From: Trichoplax sp. H2
Taxonomy: Eukaryota
Direction: 5' to 3'
Length of the DNA: 20,000 nucleotides
Assembly: GCA_003344405.1 (NCBI GenBank)
Contig: NOWV01000105.1
Span: 240,175 to 260,174, forward strand
In this document: positions 10,921 through 20,000 of the stretch, in pieces
How the letters are laid out: each line of letters opens with the position of its first letter
Numbering within the stretch: the stretch's first letter is position 1
Translations under genes and position numbers: made by a program
The notes under the pieces: generated by a model
Told to the model about the DNA's origin: nothing
Databases searched by the model: none
Seen by the model: the letters and a program-made list of their open reading frames with translations, nothing else

Positions 10921-11315
10921 CTATAAGGCACGAATGAATATATTACCACATACGTCATCTTAAAATTACTAATTGAAATTATCTTATCATGGACTAGCCG
11001 AACCCGCATACCCAGTTGTGTGCTATCAATATAACTCAATAATATAAGGAAGTACCACATGATTTAAATGTAGATACATTTGTTTTAATTTAACCTAATT
11101 CATTTCACGTATTGTTGGATACTCGCAAGTAAAGTAGTGGAGTAGTAGTTTATATGTTCTAATTATAATCTGAAATATTCGTTGGCATTCTAATTAGCTA
11201 GCAGAACTTTTTGCGATAATATCATACATAATAATCACTTCTAGTCACTATTATAATTAAATGGGTAAATTAATTACTATAATTATGAATAGAAAACGGT
11301 TTAATTGACACTTAC

Positions 11316-11342
11316 CGTCATCTCTCACATCTATCCATCGCT
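11316..11342 (-). CDS. Gene B 27-nt micro-exon, linker peptide (E)RWIDVRDD
   Basis: Reads CCTTTAG|AGCGATGGATAGATGTGAGAGATGACG|GTAAGT and is homologous to 1632..1658 and 18090..18116. Confidence 0.85.
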
Positions 11343-12042
11343 CTAAAGGAATGAAATAAAGAATAGGAATAATAAATTGGCAGTTCTATGGTAGTTGAAT
11401 TGAAGCAAATAGTAAAAGTGATGCACAGTAAAATGAAATGTACACCTAGAAACGGTTTACAGAGAATGCTCTCTTCCTCTTTCTCTATTTATGCGCTCTA
11501 AAACCTCTATATATGCGTGTCCTATAAAGCTATGGAACTGATTAGCTACGATCTAAAATTAAGAACATTCTCATACTTCTGATGGTAATGAATACTTTTG
11601 ATGTTACAAAGCAATTGCGGAAAAAATTCAACGAGTTCTATATTGCCAAGTAAACAGACTATAATAGATGAACTGGCTATACCGAAAGATTGCTATCTAT
11701 TTATTATTAATAAGAAATATATGTAAATTATAATTAGTAAATACTACCACTTCATCAACTATTATAGATTGTACAATAATTATTGTAATTTGAGAACTAA
11801 ATTAAGATGGAGATCATTGCCACTCTACTTAATCTCGGATGTGATTGAGCTCGATTGCATTAGTGTTTTGCTACAGATTAAGCAAAGGTGATGTTGTAAT
11901 AATCTTATTGTAGTGTGTAGGAACGTTTTAACCATCGAACACTTGATATTACGAATAACTTAGGCTAGCGCTCTTATCAGATACATGACGGTAAAAAAAG
12001 ACGTGGCAATAACAAAGCTACTGGCTGATTTTATATCCTTAC

Positions 12043-14193
12043 CTATCGATAACTCTTTATTATAAATCATCCAATCGTGGAGAGATTGACTAGCAAATTG
12101 CTGAGTACAATACTCGCATCGAATCCAATTGCTGTCTTCTTCTCCATATTCTTCGGCTATACTTATTTCTTCATTACACTCGTTACATTTAACGTAAAAT
12201 CGGCAACGAGCCCCTTGAAATTTTATCATCCTTTTATCCACAATGGAGATAAGCTTATTCTTGACAATATCGTGCGGCCGCTTGTTAAATATAGAATTCT
12301 TAACTTTGTCGATCACCAATTTACCAATGTCCAGCTGATTGATTTTCTGATAGCAATATTGTAAACCAATGTAAGGCCCTTCTTTCTTAATTATCAGGTA
12401 ATGATCATCATTTGCTAAATAATATTTAGCGCATTGATAATATAATTCTACAACCTTGTTATTCCATTGTATTAAACAAGATGATAGCAGGCTGTGATAA
12501 ATTCCATATGGAATATCTCCTTTCTCGTATCCGATGTAAAGCCAATCTGAGGCATGATATTTACGCAAATCAAAGGGCTTAACATTACGTGGTAACAAGT
12601 ACGGAACAAAATATTGCCACTCTTCTGTAGTATCATCCAGTTCAATTCTAATACAAAATAGGATATCATAAGATTCCATGAGTTTCAATATAATTTCCTT
12701 ACTATTTTCATCTAAATTAAATCGATTAAGGGCGTTATCAACGTATCTTCTTGGTAATTTTCCTGTTTTATAGGCTATATTATAATCTAGCTTTGCTTGT
12801 AGACTTCCTTGTCGATGATCTTTCAATTGAATAATGGCACGAAATATATTTAATAACCAGTCGACATTAGTTATAACCATCCCGTTATCGCCTATTTTAT
12901 CACAGTAGATTACCTCTCCTAATTCGTGTAGATACATTAGCACTGCTCTCAATTCATCATAACTGTCATATAATCCACATTCTTGTGATAAGGTTACTAT
13001 TTGTTGCATAGTCATAATATTACGTACTTGAGTGTCTTGAATTTGGTTAATAATAGAAGACATGCCTTGATTATGATGACTACGGATACATTTATTCAGT
13101 ATTGTAGCCATAATATATCGTCGAAAAGGAAATGGTTCATGAATAAATTGTAATGAAAACGAAAATGTCTTAATAATATGATGTAAACGATTGCAACATT
13201 CTCGGCGCTGATCTACTGCTGATGGGCTGCTATCATTAAGATTGCAATTGAAAATAATATTAGAAGAGTAGATGCTACTCGTATAAGACGGCATAGAAGA
13301 GATCAATTCATCGACATACTCATCATATCGACGATTTCGTTCTTCTACTTCTGTTGTACAATCACTGTGAGAAGCTACCAGAATAATGATAGGTAAGGAA
13401 AATTCTGCATCCCTGTCGTCAATATTAACGTAAACTTGATTTCGACTGCTGTGGCAACATATTATTGATACCAGCAATTCTTGAATAGCTTGCGAATAGG
13501 TCATATTGAGTAATTGCCCTTCTCTTGTCTTAACTAGATCTTTGACACCTTGCTCAATACTAAATACAAGAAAATAAATACTATTGGAAGACCTAAATAG
13601 ATATTGACAAACGTGGTAAATAGCTGGATCACTGAAATCCCATACTTTCACATATTGATTATCTTCAAATTTGTCTTTATTTTCGTTTATTCTAGGCGCA
13701 TAAGATTCTGCAAAACTAAATTTAGACTCAGTCTTATTAGAAGCATCTGCTATATTATCACTACTCATAGAAGACTGCTTATCGTCATCCTTTACAATGG
13801 TTAAAGATAGATTATCTGCCATTGTTAGCTGATCTTGTTGACTTTTATTTGATTTTTGCATGTCGTTATTTTGTTGACTTTCTAGCTCTGCTACGGAAAA
13901 TTCCCTTATAGCGGTCTTGATTTTATCATCTAACACCTCAGTAAAATTATATGTCTTTGAATTTTGAAGACAATAAAATTGATTGAATTCAGTTTTCAAT
14001 ATGCCATCAGAATGATTAACAACTTTATCTGGAGGTTTATTCTTGTTTGATTCTTGTTGAGTAAACACTTTCGCAATAGATGATTTGCCAATACTAGGTG
14101 GGCCAATAAACTTACCATGTATCAAATCATTAAAGCAGTAGCAATTATTCAAGGCTTTATTGTATACATTATAATATTTCTTTTCTCCTAAAA
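12043..14193 (-). CDS. Gene B coding exon 2: Roc-like GTPase (degenerate G3) + COR + CxxC-x19-CxxC motif
   Basis: Acceptor TTTACAG|TT at 14194/14193 (104-nt intron) gives VLGEKKYYNVYNKAL, matching gene A ALQEKKYYNAYSKAL. Motifs: P-loop GPPSIGKSS (14078..14104), WDFSD (13628..13642), VASHSD, LMYLHELGEVIY and YFVPYLL. Donor ATAG|GTAAGG at 12043/12042. Confidence 0.9.
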
Positions 14194-14297
14194 CTGTAAA
14201 TTGAAACGGAAGTTAGAAGAATGATACACAGATTAGACAGTATTTATTTATATTGGCTATGTAAATTAACATACTAAAAAATCAACTACAAGTTTAC

Positions 14298-15816
14298 CTT
14301 CATCTTCTGTGTGTCGAATAATATCACTATCAGGATTGCTACCGTTACTATTCCTATTTGTTAACGTTGTAAGATTGTTAGCATCGGTGCCTGTAAACAC
14401 TCCAAACCATCTAACCAAATCGTTGAAATATCTTTCAGCTAGTGTTGTACTTTGATAATAATGTGCTTGTTGCTGCTGACGAGTTGTTGCGACATGATTT
14501 CTAGTCATCTTAACGTAGGGATGATTCTCGCCTAAAGCCGGTAGGATAGCTTTAATTGTCTTGTGAAACATAGAAAGTGCCTCATCGTACTTGCCCTGTT
14601 CCTTATAGATAACCCCTTGGCCGTTATATAATTCAGCAATAAAGCTATAATCGAAATCGACGGCTGACGGTCGAATTTGCATGGATTTATTATATATCGA
14701 AAGAGCGTCTTCATACCTGTTTAGATCTATATATATTTTTGCTATACCAAATAATGTCTTTGCAATTTCGGGATGATCGCGATTAAGCGTTGATAGTTGC
14801 ATTTGAAGTGATTTCTCAAGGATACCACTGGCAAGATTGTATTGGCCTTGTTTGACATAGACATTTCCAAATTTGCGATATGCTCGAGCAATAGCAAAAT
14901 GATTTTTTTGGGGAAAGATTGTATGTCTCATATCTAGTGACAAGTTATATTTAGAAATAGCCTGTTGATAGTCCCCATTATTGCTACCAACATCCCCCAT
15001 ATGCTCATAAGTGTCCGCAATATGGGCATGATTTTTAGAAAGGAGTGCTAATCGAATGTATAATACATTATTTAGCATCGTAAAAGCCACTTTATGCTGG
15101 CCAAGATATGAGCGACAAACTGCCATTATCTGAAGTGAATTCGCTATAAGAAGATGACGATTACCGAATAAGCGCAATCGAATTTTGTGAGCAATATTTA
15201 GCATAGAAAGTGCCTTTTTAAAATTGCCTTGCCGCACATAAAAAATTCCTTCCGTATGATAGGAGTATGCGATATCGGGATGGTTTTCATCCAATACCTT
15301 CAATCGGATTTCTCGTGCTTTTCGAATCATAGCCAGCGATTCTTGATATTTGCCGCCATCGTCGTAAATACGTGCAAGTTGATGATAGGAATGAGCAACA
15401 TCTGTATGGAGGTATGTACCTAGGTAGTTTATTTTTATATCCAGAGATTTGCCACAGCATTCGAGCGCTTTATCGAAATCACCTTGCCATCTTAAAATTA
15501 AAGCTTGCTTATCTAAATAATGGGCTATTCTGATTTTATCTTGCAGTTTGTCAGCTAGATATTTCCCTATATCGTAGTATGATTTAGCTGTTTCCCATTG
15601 ATTTTTTAACGTGTAAATATAACAAATATGAAGATAGATATCACATCGAAGTCGATCAATATTATCGCAAGGAGTAGATATCGATTCAATATGATCTAAG
15701 GCTTGTCTATAGTGAATTAGACCTTCCTCTAGATTATAAAAAGTAACATATTCTTGGCCCTTTTCGCAAAGTGATTGTATATCATTCGGAAACTGTGTTA
15801 ATAGATCTGCATCCAT
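14298..15816 (-). CDS. Gene B coding exon 1: TPR-repeat domain (divergent N-terminal units plus about 7 diverged 42-43-aa TPRs)
   Basis: Lies within ORF 14266..15846. An acceptor-like AAACAG is immediately followed by ATG at 15816. The N-terminus is homologous to gene A (IQSL.EKG, IDRL.CDIYL, A.KLQD, QGDF..ALE..KSL). Repeats follow H..IA.SY...G..Y..QG.Y..AL. Donor GAAG|GTAAAC at 14298/14297 is phase 1. Confidence 0.87.
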
Positions 15817-17114
15817 CTGTTTCAATTTGATGTGAAGAAAAAGCAATCAATAGGTATATTAAAAGAGATTAGCTACTCTAGCTTATAATATCAAAACTGA
15901 ATCGATTCTAGACTCTAAGGAAAGTTAGAAGAACGATAATTAAATTAGACTTAGTTGTATTGCAATGCACACCAAATTATATCGTACTTCACAACAATTG
16001 CCAGACTATAATATCATTTTATTTTCGATCTAATTTTATGCTAATATATATACATACGTAACATATATATATTAATAATGGTCAGCATCTATTCTATTAC
16101 CTCTATTGTCAATATCAGTGAAAGAGTAGGTAGTAATGATTGACGAGTAAAGATTACCATAGTAACTTGAACGACAGATAATTGTTAAACAAAATCATTG
16201 GTGAGTATTTAAATCTAGAGCTCCTCCTATATAGGAGAAAATCAATGATGGTTCATGCTTCTACTAAAAGTCTTCTACTTAATTGGGTCTTTGGTAATTT
16301 ATTCAATAATTACTTTTTACGAATTCATCGTTATCTTGTAAGGGCGCTCGGATCTATCTATAATATTTTATTTACATATTTTTAATCAAATTTGAGTTTT
16401 TATTCATGGTCTCTGTTGTCATTACTTTGGATCAAAGTTTAAGCATTGGGCTATCGACAGCAAAACTTACATAAGTCATTCTAAATGCGTATACTTTAGT
16501 CATCAGCTGTTGTTACACAGAAAGTTTTCAATTTACCTTCAATAAGATTTTGCTTCAGTAACATACTGCAAAACCAAGTAGGATACGTTAAAAATTTATT
16601 GCACGCAAGTACGCTCTATAAAAGTATGTAGAACAGGTTTAAAGTCAATCCGCTGTCTTTATAACACTTGCCCTGTAGCATAAGATCATTTTATCATCTA
16701 GTGAACTACATCCAGGATTGATAATAAATTGACAGTATATCATGCCGTTAATATTCTAAAGTTTTTCTACTTTTCATAGACATGGATAAACTACTTGTCC
16801 TGTAACGATTTTTTTTATGATTATCATAAGATTTTACCCACAGTCAATTTGGTTATAAGCTCACTGTTGTACGCGTGAACTGAAAATAAAATTACGTGCT
16901 ATCTAAATTAGCTGAATAATAATTGCAATATTAAACGACAAATGAACGAGCTAACTAGCCACTACTGATGTAGTTAATTCTACATATGAGTACATACATC
17001 TAAAACTTGACTTCAAATACCTGTTATATCAATTATTGCAAAGTTAATAAATTTTAAAATACCAGTAGCTATGAAAATAACAAACGTAGATATTACTTGA
17101 TTATGAATTTCTAT

Positions 17115-17120
17115 TTTATT
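17115..17120 (-). terminator. Candidate polyadenylation signal AATAAA for gene C
   Basis: AATAAA on the minus strand about 145 nt after the gene C stop. This is weak evidence in AT-rich DNA. Confidence 0.3.
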
Positions 17121-17264
17121 CGTTAACATTTGAAGCATTCGAAAGTGTACTTTACAGCATATCAAATATCAGAGTTTTACATTGACAAGATCTAATTCTG
17201 AGCTCTATTATTTTGCAATTACAAATGTGTCTCGGTTAGTAAACCGCAAGAGAAGTTTGTATAT

Positions 17265-17542
17265 TTAGCAATTTTCGACCATTTTTTCTTCGACTTGGTT
17301 AGCTATAGTATTGATTTTCATCTTACGTAAAGCTGCAATAACTACAGAGATATCTGCATTTTGACCAGCGCTATTTTTCCACAATATTAGAACTTTATAC
17401 ACCTTATCGTAGCGACTATGTTCCCGATTTAATTTAATTTCATCAATTTCTATGCTGGATAAATGCAGCAAGACTCCTAAACGAAATAAATCATTTATAT
17501 GGAGTTGCTTAGCTATGATGTCGAAGTACACAGTATCCATTT
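17265..17542 (-). CDS. Gene C terminal exon: Death domain of a different subtype
   Basis: Acceptor AATATAG|AA at 17543/17542 (phase 1) joins in frame. Translation EMDTVYFDIIAKQLHINDLFRLGVLLHLSSIEIDEIKLNREHSRYDKVYKVLILWKNSAGQNADISVVIAALRKMKINTIANQVEEKMVENC* has Death-fold features (LG..L.L...EID.I, L..WK...G..A, AL..M). Confidence 0.8.
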
Positions 17543-18089
17543 CTATATTGAAATAAAATTTAAAATATTAGCCACACTCCAAGTCTTTAGGGTTGTATCT
17601 GATCTGTGATGTAAATCTAATACTAATCTTGAGCAATTCTTTTTCAGAACAACTGTAATTTTAATACTACTTATGCAGGGTTTATCAAAATAAAACTGGA
17701 ACTAATACTACTTGCTAGTATGGTCTTTTTAATAATCAATATTGGGTTAATTCAATTTTATTATTTTCATGAATTCTTACAAAAGTTTGTCCAAAAAATT
17801 CTTAAAGTAAATTAAATCAAAGAGTTTATTCATGGTTGACTGATTATTTTACAGAGTAGATCACTAATAGTTTGAATATTTTACTTGCAATTCTCTAAAA
17901 CTAGTTTGTGTTATCGTTAACTAGCAGAACTTTATGCAATGATGTCAAAGACTAGATGAAAGTATTACATTTACTTAAGGTAGAATTCTTATAGAGAATA
18001 TGCTCTCAATATTACTTCAATAATTCCAAAATTAATCACTGTAAACAATTTTGAAAGAATTAAATGATAATAATTTAGTAGAAGCTTAC

Positions 18090-18116
18090 CATTATCTTTT
18101 ACATCTTTCCATCGCT
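18090..18116 (-). CDS. Gene C 27-nt micro-exon, linker peptide (E)RWKDVKDN
   Basis: Reads GTTTAG|AGCGATGGAAAGATGTAAAAGATAATG|GTAAGC and is homologous to the micro-exons of genes A and B. Confidence 0.85.
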
Positions 18117-18844
18117 CTAAACAAGTAAAATAAAACAAGAACAATCGATTAATAGTTTTGTAGTTGCTTTGATAGAAAGAGATTGTAAAATCATAAGCAT
18201 GTCAATGAAATGTATCACGTATATTTAGAAATAATTTATAAAAAGCTCTCTCTCTCTTTCTCTGCAGGTACCTATACATGCAGATATGCTATAGTAAGTT
18301 TTATATCCTGTACAAAGCTGAGGAATGAATTGGCTGTCATTTGATTTTAAACGGTGTTCTCATTTACTAACATAGAAGAATATAATATGCTTCAAAGTAA
18401 TGATGGATAAAATCTAGCCATTACTATTTAACACATAAATGAATACAGCAGGATTAAATTCTCACCTCGAAATAGTACAAAATTATAATACGTTTTTAGT
18501 CACATGAAATATACATAAATTAGAAAATTTTTATAATTAATCCAGTGCAGCACACAAAGCGATAATTAAGGTAATCTTCTAAATTACCTACATGATAGCA
18601 TACATTTCCTTTGCTTTAATTACTTCAGCACATAATTCTGCTTATTTATATCAATGTTTTTATATATAAATAAGATAATCAAAAATAGAGTCATGATAAT
18701 CACGATGTAAAAATAAATGTGCTAATTATTAAGAATACAGTAAAAGGAATGCGTAATGGAAGAGCTCTTGCTTATAGTACATTGCAATCGTAATAATGAT
18801 AATAAAAAGAATATAAAAGCTATAAATTGTGTTCACATCCTTAC

Positions 18845-20000
18845 CTATCCATAATTTTTCATTATAAATCATCCAGTCGAGAAGAGATTGACTAGAAAAC
18901 TGCATACTGCAATATTCACATCGAATCCAATTTATATCTTTTTCGTTATATTTATCGGCGATACTTGTCTCTTCACCACATTCACTACATTTAATGTAAA
19001 ATCGACAACAAGCTCCTTTAAGCCTTACCATCCTACCATCGACAATCGAGATTAGTTTATTCTTAACAATATCTTGTGGTCTGTTATGAAATATAGAATT
19101 CTTAACTTTGTCAATAACCGATTTGCCGATTTGTGGATGATTTATTTTCTGATAGCAATATTGCAAAGCGATGTGAGATTTCTCTTTCTTAACTATAAGA
19201 TAGTAATCATCATCTACTAAATAATATTTGGCACATTGATAGTATAATTGTACTTTTGTGTTATTCCACTCTTTTAAACAAGAGGATAACAGACAATAAT
19301 AAATTCCATCAGGAAGGTATGGAAGATCGATATGTGTGTATCCAATGTACAGCCAATCTGATACATGATATTTTGATAAATCAAATGGCTTTACATCATA
19401 ATGCAACAGGTATGGAACAAAATATTGGCAGTCCTCTCCATTATTACCCTTTTCATTTCTAACAGAGCAAAGAATATCATAAGCTTCCATCACTTTTAAT
19501 ATGGTTTCTTTACTAGTTTCATCTAAATTAAATTTTTTAATAGCATAATCGATGTATATTCTTGATAATTTTCCTGTTTGGCTGGCTATCTCATATTCAC
19601 GTTTTATTTGTAGACTTCCTTCTAGACGATCTTGTAATTGAATAACTGAACGAAATATATTTAATAACCAATCGACGTTAGTTATAATAATTCCGTTATC
19701 GCCTACTTTATCACAGTATATTACTTCTCCTAAATCATGCAGATATATTAGCATTGCTTTTAATTCGTCATCACTTTCATATAATCCACATTCCTGAGAC
19801 AAAGTTACTATTTGTTGCATTGTCATAATATCATGTACTCGAGAAGCTCGAATTTGATTCATAACAACCGAGATCGCATGATTATGATGGTAACGGATAG
19901 ATTTGTTTAATATTGTAGCCATAATATACCATCGAATAGGAATAGGATTACGAATAAATGGCAATAATTGTACAAATGTCTTAATAATATAATGCAAGCG
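18845..20000 (-). CDS. Gene C (partial, truncated by window edge): COR region + CxxC-x19-CxxC motif of a third paralog
   Basis: The frame is open from the window edge (RLHYIIKTF...) and strongly similar to genes A and B (PIPIRWYIMA, YLHDLGEVIYCDKVG, YFVPYLL, PYLPDGIYYCLLSSCLKEWNN). Donor ATAG|GTAAGG at 18845/18844 is at the homologous position. Confidence 0.9.

Overview
AT-rich eukaryotic (animal-type, GT-AG spliced) genomic DNA with a head-to-tail array of three paralogous minus-strand genes. Genes A and B are complete; gene C is cut by the right window edge. Splicing the exons by hand gives one architecture: N-terminal TPR array, then a Roc-type GTPase with COR region, a CxxC-x19-CxxC motif, a 27-nt micro-exon linker and a C-terminal Death domain. 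Gene A is join(complement 6146..4028, 3947..1923, 1658..1632, 1011..749), about 1477 aa. Gene B is join(complement 15816..14298, 14193..12043, 11342..11316, 10920..10664), about 1317 aa. Gene C is join(complement >20000..18845, 18116..18090, 17542..17265). All coding introns are phase 1. Gene A has 12 near-identical 126-bp TPR units with variation concentrated at a few codons. Gene B has diverged TPRs and a degenerate G3 motif. Gene C has a very different Death-domain exon. Overall this looks like a diversifying sensor-switch-effector receptor family, NLR-like in logic but built on a Roco GTPase. The 42-aa 'LSVLGHNHPDVANSYNNIG' repeats and compact introns resemble placozoan (Trichoplax-like) sequences; that assignment is an inference. 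The A-B spacer holds a 56-bp tandem duplication and a possible decayed plus-strand gene relic.
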